The notes below the pieces were generated by a model. That model was not told the DNA's origin and searched no databases. It saw nothing but the letters and a program-made list of their open reading frames with translations. A program made the translations under genes and the position numbers. Shown in pieces: positions 39,601-52,099 of a stretch of DNA of 64,000 nt. This stretch comes from Phoronis australis (Eukaryota > Animalia > Phoronida): assembly GCA_002633005.1 (NCBI GenBank), contig NMRA01000141.1, forward strand, positions 421,609 to 485,608. Direction: 5' to 3'. Every line of letters starts with the position of its first letter. Within the stretch, counting starts at the first letter, position 1.

Positions 39601-42600
39601 CCGGCTTGGTTACCGTAGAAACATTCCAGACACAAGAAGTCCACTGTAAGTGTAAATTATGACCCGCTGTAACCTGAAGTAGATTCAGACGTTTCCCGTA
39701 TCTTCCCATTCTGTATTAGTAAAAGTCTGGTCATGCATCTCCATCTTAAAATCAATATGAGTTTAAGGAGAGTTTGAGTTTATGTCAAGATTTTGAAATG
39801 TATACTTGAACTACTGTCAAAAACTAACATCAAAATTAGGCATTTATTGCATGACTGTTTTGAGGGTATCTTGTAGTTAGTAACTCACTGAGCTCAGCCA
39901 GAGAGGTGATAATTAGTCAAACTATTGCAACAAGTGAAGAGGAAAACTCTTTTGGCATAGATGATGAAGTTGTTAGTTACCTTGTTAACATTTTGGACCC
40001 CCATGGTTCGGCGGTCATTTTCAAACTAATGTATGTTGAGTACACAGACGTGTGATATTATTGGAGTAGGTGTGGTTTCTCTGAAGAATGGTTTTGTATT
40101 ATGTCTAGTTTAAGTTGTTCTACATCTCTGTTCATGCTTGTATTATCCATCTTTTGATACAAATAGATTATGTTAACCACCTAGTAAATGTGTTGTGGTC
40201 ATTTCCATGACAGAAACATTCTCCCTATCAATGTGTAAGGCATGGTCTGAAAAAGCTGATTTGTACACATTGTTTTCGGACACCTTTCGTTGAACACGCC
40301 AGGTGAAGTGTTTGTTTACAATGACAACATCATATTTACTAGGTGGAACACAGAATCTATCAAAAAGAAGGGTATTGAACAGAGACGTGGAACAATTTAA
40401 ACTGGACATACAAAGCTACTCTTCGGAGAAGCCAAATTTCTAGCCCCGCGTATTCCAATTTTGACGTCACACGCCTGGGTACTCGACATATATCAGGGGC
40501 CCGTTCCAAGAAAACTGACTTAGCTAAAACAAATCTTAAATTTATGCCAATTTTAAGAAAAAAACTTCAGCTTGTCTTAAGTCTGTTCTAAGAAAGTGAT
40601 ATTAGGTTTGACTTAAATGTTTGACTGGAGTTTTGTCCACCTGATTTGATTTGGAAGTTTCAAAGTTTGTAAGTTTAGAAAAATCTTAGACTTAAGTAAA
40701 AAATGAACTGGAGTCAGTTTCTTGGAACAGGCCCCAGTTTGAAAATGACTGCCAAGCCATGGAGGTCAAAAATGTTACCAAGATAACGATTGTATCGCCT
40801 ATGTCAAAGGAATTTTGCTCCTCACATGTATTCTGGATGCATGAATCTTTTTAGTATTTTGTTCTATAACAAACTAGGTTTATAGCATTCCCTTGCTTGT
40901 AACTCTCTATTCTACTGATCAAGTTTGAGTCTAATACTGGAATAAAAACTTACAAAAATTAGCGACGTTGCGTCCACATCTCACGGACTTCAGCTTGCCT
41001 CGTGACGTTATCGTTATTCTGGCCAATTGGTGGCGTTTTGGCAAGACGGTGTGGCAGTGACGTCAGAACACCATCCCATACGTGTGACAAGTCGAATCTT
41101 AAACCGCCTCTTAAATTTAAAGAGGGACTCAGTACGCTCATGGAGAGCTTCCTTTACACCCCTTTTGAACCAGTCTAGGACAATGATTTCAATACTGATG
41201 ATGTCACTATCCTAGACTTTGAGGAAGACTGGTTCAGAAGGGGTGTAAAAGAAGCTCTCCATGAGCGCATTGAGAGTCCCTCTTAAAATAAAAGAGGCGG
41301 TTTAAGATTCGATTTGTCATGCGTATTGGATGGTGTTCTGACGTCAATGCCGCGCCGTCTTGCCAAAATGCCACCAATTAGCCAGAATAACAATAACATT
41401 ACAAGCCAAGCTGAGGTCCCTGAGATGCGGACTTAACGTGGCTAATTTTTGTAAGTTTTTATTCCAGTATTAGACTCAAACTTGATCAGTTTTCTCAACT
41501 GGATGTCTCAAAATATTCATGCTTTTATCTCTATTCTACTGGTCTCCACCTAACTGTGAGAATGTTTATTCATGCGTATCATCTTGCGTTGAAAAGTCAG
41601 TCGTATTCATTATTCAGACATATGCTGATTTTGATATCTTGATTGAATGTAGAAAACTCCAATTATCGCCCCCTGTTTCTCCATAACAAATGTCTCTTGG
41701 GTGTTCATATGTTGCACATATGCTATTTACTCTAATTCAATTCCATAACTGAGAAAGATTAATTGTGAATTAATTATGCAAGTACCTTAAGTTATGCACG
41801 CAATCAAATTTGCCATTTTGCTAATTGCATGATGGTCCTTGGTCATAGAAAACAACCCTCCTGGTGATATGATTGACGGCGTGGGTGATACGTTTTGTCT
41901 TTGTTTCTGCCGTTGGTATGGCACAATCAGGGAGTTGGCTGCTAGGTATCATTTCTTGTCATTTTTGAGCAGCGAATTAAAGATTGTTTTTTACAATACT
42001 GGAGCTTTGTTGTGGAAAATAGCTCAAAACTTAATACATATTCCTCATTTAAAATTGATTTTGAAATGGAATCCGATCTGTTGCGTGATATTCCATATAT
42101 CTTTTTAGCTTCTATGGCTAATTTACGTTGCTCCAACCATAACTTGATGATAGAGAAAGGTAGACATGCTCTTGTGGACCAAAAATACCATGTGTGTTGT
42201 TTCTGTGTGTTCCTAATTGAAGATGAATACCATTTCATATGTGTTTGTGCAAGGTTCTGTTCTTTGAGAACTGCATTTATACCTGAGTGGTGCTGGCGTG
42301 AGACAAACATAAATTTGTGTTAATGAAAATGTCGAAGCCAATTGCTCACATTAATCGAATGAAATTTGCATTTCACGGCACTGCCCTCAGCAAAAAGCTG
42401 CTCTGCGTTATCATGTAAATTTTATGTATGATGTGGGCCAAGGCCTTAAATGTTGAAATAATTAGATACTTCAGGGTGTTACATTGAAACAGGAATCCCG
42501 GTGTAAAACAGATGTCCCGGAGTTGAAAACAGACTCCCGCACCTTCAGAACAGTAGCAGTTAGCCACCCCAAAAAACAGTAACCCTAACCTTTAAAACAG

Positions 42601-45600
42601 GAATGGTGGGGATGGAACAGGAAACCTAGAGACCGAAAAAAATTGTCCAGGTTTCTTGGCCAATCCCTGGGATTCATGTTCTTAAGGTTGGGTTTGTGTT
42701 TCCGGGCTGGTTAGATGTTTTGAAGGTGTGGGAGTCTGTTTTCCACTCCAGGATATCTGTTTTACACCAGTGTTTCCGTTTTTGCTGGAACAGTCTGTAC
42801 TTACCGTTTATGAAAAAATTAAAAAATAGCATTTGACTTGTCCGACGCTTTTTCTTAAGGTGGTGACATTTTATTGCAGTTCAATTGGTGTGTGTTTTAT
42901 TGACAGGTGCCAGGCACACAAGTATTCCAAAGTAGTCCCTAAAGCCAGTGTTGTGATATGCTTTTACAATGAGGCTTGGTCTGCCCTGCTGAGAACTGTT
43001 CACAGCGTTCTAGACAGGTCCCCTCCTGAACTGCTGCATGAAATCATTTTGGTGGATGATAACAGTGATTTAGGTGGGTGTACATAAAAGTGTATTTCTT
43101 TCCATTGCCAAAAGGTTAACTTTTCTACTTAGCGCGAAAAAATGAGTTGTGCTGAAAGGATTATTAATTTGGAATGTCCAGTTTACACTAATTGAAGTAT
43201 GATCTTACTGGAGTGGTTAGAATATAATTTCAAGAAATGTCGTTGACGCATATCTGTTTTGTATCTGTTTATGGTTTAAAGATCCTAGTTTCTACCAATT
43301 TTTTGTTTCTGCAGTGTATTTAATAGTTATATTAATGTAGTAATTGATCAATAAATTTGTTATTTTTCACAAAGCTTAGGCTTTTTTCCTGGGCTCTGCC
43401 GATCTTTAGAATTTAAGCTGAGCCACCTTCTTTTGATCAATCCATCAAGCATCATGATTATAATGTTTGTTCAGGGGTGCATTGCACACTTGCAAGAAAA
43501 CCCAGTGTGGTCAAATGCTTTTGTTTGTAATACACAGCGATGTTTTGTAAAGACTTGCGTGGTCTTGTATTTTTGTGTTTAACTCTGCAAATTCTAGAGT
43601 ATCTGAAAAAAGAGCTGCCCCCCTACGTAGAATCTTTAGACAAAGTAACTCTCTACCGTCTCCCGGAGAGGGCAGGACTGATGCGTGCCCGAATGTACGG
43701 CTCGGACAAAGCCAATGCAGAAGTCGTTGTCTTCCTCGACAGCCACTGCGAAGTGAATGTCATGTGGCTTGAGCCACTCTTGACCAGAATTGCCCAAAAC
43801 CACCATAACGTTGTTGCACCTGTCATTGACCTGATTCACCCGGACACAATGATGTATTCTGGGTCGCCTATGGTGCGTGGGGGGTTCACCTGGACTCTGC
43901 AGTTTCGCTGGGACCAGCTGCCTAATTACGTACTACTGGACAAGAAAACATCAGCAATGCCGCTCAAGTGAGTTCTGAACTCGCAGATTGACATACAATT
44001 AATATGCATCACTGTCGTAGAACCCAGTGATTACTTAGTGAAGTCTTTCGTTGTCATTCATTTCACTTGTAGATCTCATTTCTCACCAGCAACTATGCAT
44101 CTTTCTCACCAGTTGGGATTGTAATAATCACTTACCACTGCCCTAGGCTTTTATGACCTCCGTCCTTTTTGAGGGATTATAGGGGAACAGGGATGTTTGT
44201 CAGCGATGGTGGCTGCATGTTCATGGCAACACTCTTTCCCCTCCATGTTAGACACTGTGTTCTATCAAACTAAATATGTCTTTGAAAATTGAACTTAGCA
44301 ACTGTTATTTCTTTGTTTATATGTCCCAGCCTCTGTTGTGTTACTGCTGTTCCTTTGTTGATATGTACCAACCTCTTGTGTAACTGCTGTTCCTTTGTTG
44401 ATATGTACCAATCTCTATTGTGTAATGTACATGAGCAACAAAATGGGAAAACTTGACTTGTGTACCCCACCTCACATTAGTAGAACGCTTATCTGGGTGA
44501 TCTTAATTGCCACCAAAGATATGCAGCAAAATTTGAAAGGGAGTGCGCCATGAGCTGTGCTCTCAATTATGACAACAAGAAATATGTTGTAAAAATTCAT
44601 ATAGTTTGTGGTTCAACTCCATGTGTGCAATGCCATGTTGGAGGCTGCGAACAATATTATGTTGCACAATGTCATTTTGTTTTGCAATACCATTGTTGTT
44701 TGAATTGGTGCAGTTTTATTGCTCATTAAACTACTGTCCACAGTTTGAGTATCAGACCCCATAGCAAGTCACACTGCGGTTGCCGACAAAACAGAAGTAA
44801 TGACCAGTATGAGATGAGCACACTATATTTTCTTCTATCCTTAACAATCCATAACCCACACTTTTGTTGTGCTGTCCACTTAGACCTTCTTCTAACTAGC
44901 ATTTCCTACGAAAGGAAGCAACAATGTCCAAAAACTCGACAAGAAAAATTCAATCAATCGACCGCGTTTCTGATGAATTCCATTGTGTCACATGGTGTCA
45001 GGTGTGTAGCGTTGACGCTCAACTGACAGGGGGCATAATGCTTAAGGATAACTTGTTCAAAGGTAACTTGTTTTTACGCTGCCTAGAACTTAATTTTCTT
45101 TTAAAAGTGAGATATGCCTCACCTTCTATTGTTTTATTTTGAGCAGAACTCCCACAATGGCTGGTGGTCTGTTTGCCATCAACAAAGAATACTTTGCGGA
45201 GCTTGGCAAATACGATTCAGGAATGGACATATGGGGAGGTGAAAACCTGGAAATATCTTTTAAGGTGCGTGTAATACCATGCATCCTTTTGCAAATGGAT
45301 GGCACATGAATTGTCCATTTTCATTATTTTTTTTTGTACTATGAGTGAAATTGGTGCTTAAATCAAGGTTGCCTTTTATTGCAATGTTGATTTAAACAGT
45401 GTTTTGATTTTCAAAAAGTTCCATAGTGTTCCAAAAATTTCTTGGACTTAGGTAGTTCAATTTCAGTTCCCTTTGATCAGAATCTGTGCTCTGGCCTACT
45501 GTATGGTTACGCAGTCGCGTACTCTATATTCATTGCTATGGCAAACAAATGTCTAACCAAAAATAAATTCATCTCGCAATAATTCTGAAAAGTGAAAACC

Positions 45601-48600
45601 ATCAAGGAGGTACAAAGATGTACCATGTTCCTGAGTTAATAAACAATGCATTTAGAAATTTAATTCCTTTTTTGATCCCCTCAGAATCTTGTTCCTAAGT
45701 CAATTAACAACAAACTTGTCATTTGAAGTGTGAGTACACTTTTGGAACACCATTTTTTGAAAATATTGTAGCAAGATCATGTCCAGAGAACATTAAGATA
45801 ATGTTCAAGTAATTCGTTTTAAGAAATAAGGGTGACTGTGGCGGAGTTGAAATATGTTGTGAATGTTCATTTGTCGGTTGCTAAAATTTATGTTTAACTT
45901 CTTATGTGGAAATTTTTATTTTCACGTATTATATAGGAATAGAAAAGACGTAACACGCTGTTACAACACTGGTTTGATTTGACTTAAGAAGTAATTTCTG
46001 GCCTTGGGAAGAGCAGACACATAGTTGAGCATTAACACGATGTTTAGTTTTGTGTGCTGAAAGCTGCGTGGTTGTCAACTACATCAGAATTAGAACACAG
46101 ATCCATGTCCCTACACTTACTAGTGGTAACTTAGTAACTCTAAGCATTTGATTTCTGCTAAGTGACCATAAGCTTTGATTAGAAGTCGATGACTTTGATG
46201 CCTTGCGCTCTGCGGTTCTCATTTCAGATCTGGATGTGTGGCGGAAATCTGGAGATTATTCCGTGTTCGCGTGTCGGCCATATCTTCAGGAAGCGTCGAC
46301 CATATGGCTCGCCAACAGGAGTAGACACAATGACAAGAAACTCAATGCGTGTTGCTCAAGTCTGGCTTGATGAGTACAAGGTTAAAAAAAAACATTTTCA
46401 AAATACTAGCCTCATCTTTGTTTTGTGAACACTGTAGTACCTAGTTACAGTTATAGGTTTTTTCCTGAGGGGGAAAGTGTGCTTTTTCTGACGCCACAAG
46501 ATTGGCATAATTTTTGTTTCCTATTCTGTATGTATGCTTTCAGGGCCCTTGGTCACTCAAGGAGAAAGGTATTGTGCCTTCTGAGAGGCTTTTTAGTTTT
46601 TAGGGTGAGGGGAAAATTTAACCCCCCAGTCATCATCAGTAGTACCCCTGTTGCAAGCTCTCATAGACTCTGTCACAAGTATCCAACACTAACTTTTTGT
46701 GCTCTTTCAAACTGTCACCTGCATGAGCTACAAGTGATTTGAACCTTGAGGGGAATTTTTCAATCCCTTGAGGGTAATTTTTGAGTCTCACGAGGGGAAT
46801 CTCGCATGATTTTTCAATATGTTTACTCGAGGAGAATGGGGCTGATGTTCAACCGGAATGGGGCCGAATATCGGTACTGAAGGCTATGACTGTAAATACC
46901 AAAGCAGCACAAATTATTATGCGCCCACATATTTATGTCAAGTTGAAATCACAAACTGGAGCAGAATTTGACCCAAACAGTGAACTCTGTTCAATACATA
47001 AGTTTATCATAATTTGTTGGGAAGACTGACTCCTCGTATTAAAAATCTTGTGTTCCACCCCAAAACATGAACTAAAACTGTGTTTTTCAAACATGGCGCT
47101 GAATGGAGATTTAAACTTCGATGCTTGCATTTATCTATACATTAATGTGTTAAAATAATATTAACCTATTGTCAAACAAGTCTTCATGTACTTTTGACGT
47201 GAAAAACCTGTGAATTGAGTTTATGAAATTGAATTTATGAACTTGAGTTTTTTGCCGATCATCGTTTTTGCGGCATCTAAAGTTTTCAGTTCGGCATTTC
47301 AGAACTGTTGTAAGTTACAGTAACTGTTAGTTTGCATTTCACTGTTAGTCACCTAATAGTCTTTAATTTTTTGTTTACAAGGATGTTTATTTGAAGAACA
47401 TTGGGGGCAATTCCAAAGCCATTGACTATGGAGATGTATCTAGTCGCATCAGGCTGAGGAAGAGATTGAACTGCAAGTCATTCCAGTGGTACCTTGACAA
47501 TGTCTACCCTGAGCAGTCACGACCTGACCCCAGTGGAAAGGTCAATCCACTGCCACTGAATGCTGTGATTCCAAAGAGGAAGGAGCGTGTTGTCATACGA
47601 ACTAGTCAGGTATGACTGGGATTGTGAGCTAGTAGTCAAGTGATGTTAAAGTACTTGTCTGTGGTATGGGGTATGAGGGTTCAATTTTCTTTGTCAGCTC
47701 AAGTTCACTCGCATGTGGTGAGAATGGGTTCAAAGTAACGATAGTATCAGTTGAATGATAATCGTATTATGTGTTGTGTATACTGGTACAGAAACTGTCG
47801 TATACCTGGCATTCTTCCCTGAGAGTCGGTTGCTAAGGGGAGGTAGGAGAATACATTTATTCAGAACTATAACCTAAACACATATAGACATTATTACAAT
47901 ACATGTGATTCTATGATGACCCTAGGTGTTGAACTGGTAAAGTCAGAGGACACGAAGACAATTTCAAATTTAATACTAACAGTACTTGTGTCAGTTTGAT
48001 TGCAAATAATTATGACTTTGATTCATTAAGTTGTAAACTAAGAAGCAATCATTTATAGTTAGGTCTTTTCATTTTTTTTTAAATTATAGCAATTAGTGTT
48101 TTGTTGCTTTCACACTGTGAGGTTGATGAAATAGTTATTGGGTCACTTTCACCCGGCAGATGCGACACCGTGAATCAGGTTACTGCATAGTGATGGATGA
48201 CAGCAACAGAGAAAGTCGTGTTGCGAAGAAGACAAAACTTAAACTTGGCATTTGTGATGCCGCAGACAACAGCAAGGTACATCCTTGATATGTTCAGCTA
48301 GACATGATGATGAAGAGGATACGCAATTCATCTTTTTTACCAGTAGCCATTTGAAAGTTGACTGGACACTTGCCGGCTTTATTGCAATTTTTTATTTAAA
48401 AAGACCGAAGGCCTACTGAATCCACATCCAAGTCACATTCCAAACATAGGTTGCACTGAAGGTTTGAAATGTAGCTTATTTAAATATCACCGCTATGTCG
48501 GAATATGGCTGGTTAAATATATGGTAGACAGATATCAGTAATCGTCTCTGTTTTTGAGGCTGGTATGTTAAGAAATGAAACTAAAGGAAAACGTCATCAA

Positions 48601-50929
48601 CACGGCATTTTCTACATCCTTCACAGTTTCAATTTTTTTTAAACAATATTTGGTGTTCCTAACTTTGCAGGACAATACTAGGTTTGTAACGGATTTTGTT
48701 AATTATTTCTGCGAGTTCGATACTCTAGGTATTGCAAACTTGGTTTGTTTCAGTTTTAAGTTGGTGATTTTTGGTTTTCGGATACAGTTCGGTATGCCAA
48801 TGCAATTATTCCATTACTTGGCTACCAGGACATGTTTTGGCCCAAGTAACTTGTCATTTTTGGCATTAGCGCCAAATTCTGTAACCGTTACTGTAGGTGT
48901 GGATAGAGACGGGAGAACATGAACTTCTCATGGCTAAAAAGATGTGCCTGGATACCACTGCCGTGCGGGGGGACCATCCGTTCCCTCTCCTGTCTAAATG
49001 TCACAGTGACCACGGCTCGCAGGAATGGGTCAGGCGGGGAGATGTAAGTACCAACCCAATGGGTGTGAATACAGCATGCATGAGTGGGTATCACATGTTA
49101 ATTCAACTCTCACCTTTTAGAGATGTAGAATCTCGTGTATGAGTGACCTGGTATTCAACGGGTAGGACTGCTATAATTTTGCACTGCCATCACTGAAGCT
49201 AAATTATGGAGTGGTGAAACTGGAACGGTGAACCAATTTGATATAAAATAGGGATTAAAACGTGATGGCAGAAATATAAAACCGTGGGGAAACTTCCCTA
49301 CTGATGTGCATCATGTGGTTAAGTACCACAGAATCATACAGAGTGAATTGGAAGTAGCTATGACAATATTTTGCGGAAAGATGAGGCCATTGTTCAGCTG
49401 AAACTCTCTCCTTACTACTTCACAAAATGGATTCAGTGGTTCAATATGCACGGCTTTCAACCACAGTCGTCCATTCACTCACCCGAAGTGTTAGTCACGT
49501 TAAAGGTTGTGTGGGGCGCTCGAAAAATGGCCTAATTTGGCAAATTTCAGATCATCATTTCTCAGAAATGACCGACTCTGATTCAAATGAAACCAGATAC
49601 CATGCTTTATGCATTGTTTTCCTCCAATTGTTTTAAAAGTTAACATTTTTTGCTCGAGGGGATACCAAAAATAGAACTTTTGTGATTTTTCTGAAAAAAT
49701 CAACAATTGCATAAAACGTAAACAAAGTGATAATTTTGAACTGTAACAGCATTTTTGAGATGTCATCCTGAACATTTATGTCAAACGAAATTTGGTCATG
49801 TTGTTGATGCCATTGTCTTGCTGTGCATATACTTCTCTTTTTTAAGTGCTCACATATTTTTATGTGGTCTGTTATCCAAGTTTTCTGCATTTGTCTCAGA
49901 AGTTTACGCAAAAAAATTAAAAGGCCATGAAAAGTGTGCATGTGACAGTAAAGCAGGTGAAGTTTGTAAAGGATAACGGACATTTACTTCGAAAACACTG
50001 CGTCAAAGCTAATGTCAGCATGACGGCGACATCCCGTTACTCCCAACTTGTTCAATTCTATAGCCCAACAACAAGTTGGGAAGTTTACCCCCGTAGTCAA
50101 TATCTTACACGACTGATTAACTCCATTCCAGCATTTATGGTTGGAGGGCCTGCGCTCTTTTGTTTGATGATTGCTCTAATCTCCGATCAGATCCTATCTA
50201 GCCTGACTGGGCTGGGCTGATAAAAATGAAAGTTAAGTTATGACATATTTGAGCTTAAACCAATAGCATTTCTGAATTCCTCGTCAAATGCTGATCATGT
50301 TCCGTTTTTGAATCACCAAAATCGCCCAACTACAACAGAAGTTAAGACAATCTATTCTGTCCAAATGGATTACCAACGCACTGGATTTGATTGTGTTCAT
50401 ACGCGTTCGGTAATAGCGTGCAACCACCATACGTTTCCTTTGAAGCCTGGGAGATAATTGGCCTGCTTGTTATCATACGGGACAATAGGCTGAGCTGGGC
50501 AGTTAACAAAAGAGCCAGATGTTATCGCACATTCAACACCCCTCACGTCTGGAAAAGTTACTGAATGACAGAACGCTGTAATGGGATGGGAAATTTAGGT
50601 TACAACAGATCATTAATGAATGCATATAGAAAAAAGAGTGCACGAATGGAATCATTCAAGATGCAAACGATCGAAAAAAAAGTTTGCCCTGGTTGCAATG
50701 CACTATCGTTACAGCATACAGGTTTCAAAGGTCCCTCGTATATTATTTAACAAGGTTTGAGTGTACATTAAAACTCCTAACATTTGCATTTTTTCAGCAT
50801 CAGAACCAATTATTTAATCCTTCCTCTGGAATGTGCCTCTCGGTTGAAAGTACAAAGGCCGACAGCTTTGTTACCATGGAGATCTGTTCGGACGGTTTGC
50901 GACAACAGTTTCTGATGACCGTCAAGTAG
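33496..50929 (+). CDS. GALNT11: Polypeptide N-acetylgalactosaminyltransferase 11-like, complete spliced CDS (11 coding exons, 1863 nt, 620 aa)
   Basis: All introns are GT-AG and phase-compatible. Type II TM anchor, [13 protein letters not shown] (DxH) motif in [13 protein letters not shown], Gal/GalNAc-T motif [28 protein letters not shown] (GALNT11-type), C-terminal ricin lectin. Confidence 0.95.
34048..34112 (-). mobile_element. Short fragment of the Penelope-like pLTR found at 40914-41527
   Basis: AAGTTTGAGTCT.ATA.TGGAATAAAAACTTACAAAAAT...CAGCTTG.CT.GTGACGTTA shared with 40921-41010. Confidence 0.7.
35110..35372 (+). repeat. Three tandem ~90-92-bp units spanning the acceptor and 5' half of GALNT11 coding exon 2
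   Basis: ACAAAGG.T.TTGCTCAGCCCT starts at 35139, 35229 and 35321. Confidence 0.9.
35321..35480 (+). CDS. GALNT11: GALNT11-like coding exon 2 (stem)
   Basis: ttgtag|[13 protein letters not shown]...[18 protein letters not shown]|gtgagt; phase 0 to 1. Confidence 0.85.
38541..38790. repeat. ~250-bp fold-back (palindromic) element
   Basis: GGCCTGGTT..ATTT...GGCCCATCTTGGG.TCTTCG versus CGAAGATCCCAAGATGGGCC...AACCAGGCC. Confidence 0.8.
38852..39387. mobile_element. MITE with CAG..CTG termini and 5-bp TSD (GTATC)
   Basis: GTATC|CAGCGCTTGA ... TCGAGCGCTG|GTATC. Confidence 0.7.
39564..39645 (+). CDS. GALNT11: GALNT11-like coding exon 3
   Basis: caacag|(G)[26 protein letters not shown](L)|gtaagt. 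Confidence 0.93.
40497..40734. mobile_element. PIF/Harbinger-type MITE (CAG TSD)
   Basis: CAG|GGGCCCGTTCCAAGAAAACTGAC ... GTCAGTTTCTTGGAACAGGCCC|CAG. Confidence 0.85.
40914..41527 (+). mobile_element. 5'-truncated Penelope-like insertion with inverted pseudo-LTR and TSD
   Basis: ~260-bp inverted arms (40914-41175 / 41227-41490). Plus strand encodes [40 protein letters not shown] (GIY-YIG C-terminus). TCTCTATTCTACTG repeated at 40904-40917 and 41528-41541. Confidence 0.9.
41890..42330 (+). mobile_element. Non-LTR retrotransposon (LINE) ORF2 3' remnant
   Basis: [11 protein letters not shown]...[15 protein letters not shown]...[15 protein letters not shown]...LR: the C-terminal CCHC-type region typical of invertebrate LINE ORF2. 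Confidence 0.8.
42472..42797. mobile_element. MITE with long TIRs and 5-bp TSD (TACTT); same family as 22327-22795
   Basis: TACTT|CAGGGTGTTACATTGAAACAGGAATCCCGG ... TTTTTGCTGGAACAGTCTG|TACTT. Confidence 0.85.
42907..43073 (+). CDS. GALNT11: GALNT11-like coding exon 4
   Basis: gacag|CQAHKY...[43 protein letters not shown]|gtgggt. Confidence 0.95.
43598..43967 (+). CDS. GALNT11: GALNT11-like coding exon 5 (DxH motif)
   Basis: ttctag|(E)YLKKEL...GLMRARMYG...[17 protein letters not shown]...[14 protein letters not shown]...MPL(K)|gtgagt. Confidence 0.95.
44300..44425 (+). repeat. Minisatellite, ~40-bp unit x3
   Basis: ACTGCTGTTCCTTTGTTGATATGTACCAA repeated. Confidence 0.85.
45147..45264 (+). 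CDS. GALNT11: GALNT11-like coding exon 6
   Basis: gagcag|[39 protein letters not shown]|gtgcgt. Confidence 0.95.
46228..46380 (+). CDS. GALNT11: GALNT11-like coding exon 7
   Basis: tttcag|[29 protein letters not shown]...VWLDEYK|gttaaa (weak donor). Confidence 0.93.
47382..47609 (+). CDS. GALNT11: GALNT11-like coding exon 8
   Basis: tacaag|DVYLKNIG...[31 protein letters not shown]...RTSQ|gtatga. Confidence 0.93.
48160..48276 (+). CDS. GALNT11: GALNT11-like coding exon 9 (lectin alpha repeat)
   Basis: cggcag|[39 protein letters not shown]|gtacat. Confidence 0.85.
48897..49043 (+). CDS. GALNT11: GALNT11-like coding exon 10 (lectin beta repeat)
   Basis: ctgtag|[21 protein letters not shown]...[16 protein letters not shown]|gtaagt. 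Confidence 0.92.
50798..50929 (+). CDS. GALNT11: GALNT11-like terminal coding exon (lectin gamma repeat)
   Basis: tttcag|[43 protein letters not shown]. Confidence 0.9.
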   Translation, partial: HQNQLFNPSSGMCLSVESTKADSFVTMEICSDGLRQQFLMTVK

Positions 50930-51128
50930 AATGCAACACTTGAACCAGAAAGTCTGATGCTAGAAGCCGTCTTCCTGTATGAATAATATTTTAGAATTAA
51001 TCACCTCCTCCAGGTTAATATTTTTGTTACTATAAACATGGTTGTAAAGAAATTTTCAGCCATGTAGTTATATCCAGAAGATGATCCAACGCATTGCAGT
51101 CGTATTTAAACGACTTTAAAATAGAAGC

Positions 51129-51134
51129 AATAAA
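51129..51134 (+). promoter_or_regulatory. Candidate proximal poly(A) signal for GALNT11-like gene
   Basis: First AATAAA ~200 nt after the stop; others at 51699 and 57180. Usage cannot be determined from sequence. Confidence 0.35.
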
Positions 51135-52099
51135 CTCATATCTTATGTAAAAATTCAGCTTTTCATAAAGGCCACTTACCATTTATAAAAGTAATCTCAT
51201 TCCTTAATGGGATTTAAAACGATTTTTAGGTTTGAGAAAACTGGCGTATCTTTATCGTTTCCTGATGGGCTGGTGAAGGTCGTCATGACGGGCTAGTTTC
51301 AGCTGCCAAAGCATTATGGCCATCTTGGAATTCCCAGCATTTTGTTGCAACCAAGTTTGATTGAAACAAATGATAAGGAAACACTGATTCTGCTTTGGAA
51401 GATCAGTAAAGCCAATGAGCAAAGTCACTGTTGGCAATAGAACATGGTTTGTTGAGACTCTAAGTAAAAAACATTAGTGGTAGATGTAGCTTTAGTTAAT
51501 GTTTTTAAGAAGTTATGCATCATGTAAATGAAAATTGAGTTGTACCTTGTTAAATCTCAAGGTAAATGGTTTTGGTTAATCCATTTGACGTAAACTGTAA
51601 AAACTGTAGAATGAGTGTTCAAGTCGCTGACTCTGTTAGAATAGTACTGTAAAGTTACCTTTCGGAGTCTCCAGATGAGACCGAAATCTAACCGTTTCAA
51701 TAAACTTCATCACTCCATTATTGTATAAGAATTGTTACAAATTCAACAGGCTTCGTAGAATTTCTGGTATACACGTTCATATTTGCATTTGTGTATGTTA
51801 AAAACATGTGCCCAAGTTTTTGCACAAAGTGCATAGTAGGAAAACAAATTCAACCTTCTGTAGAAAGAATGCATTGGGTTTTAATACTATGGAAGGTCTT
51901 GTGATGCTTAGGGCTGTTCCAGCAATTGTATGGGAGGGGGAAGGCACTTTCATTTTTTACCCACCGCCCATATTTTTGTTTTATTTCTCCAAACCATTAC
52001 CCATAATTTTTAATTAAGTTGAAATATAAAATGCAACACTTGTAAACAAATTGCCTATAGGATAACCTGTTAAGTACTTACTTTTTTATAGATGAGCCA

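Noticed and set aside
51659-51686. Hairpin TTTCGGAGTCTC-CAGAT-GAGACCGAAA downstream of the GALNT11 stop, as a ribozyme or SECIS
   Set aside because: Lacks the CUGAnGA core and SECIS quartet, and the CDS has no in-frame TGA.
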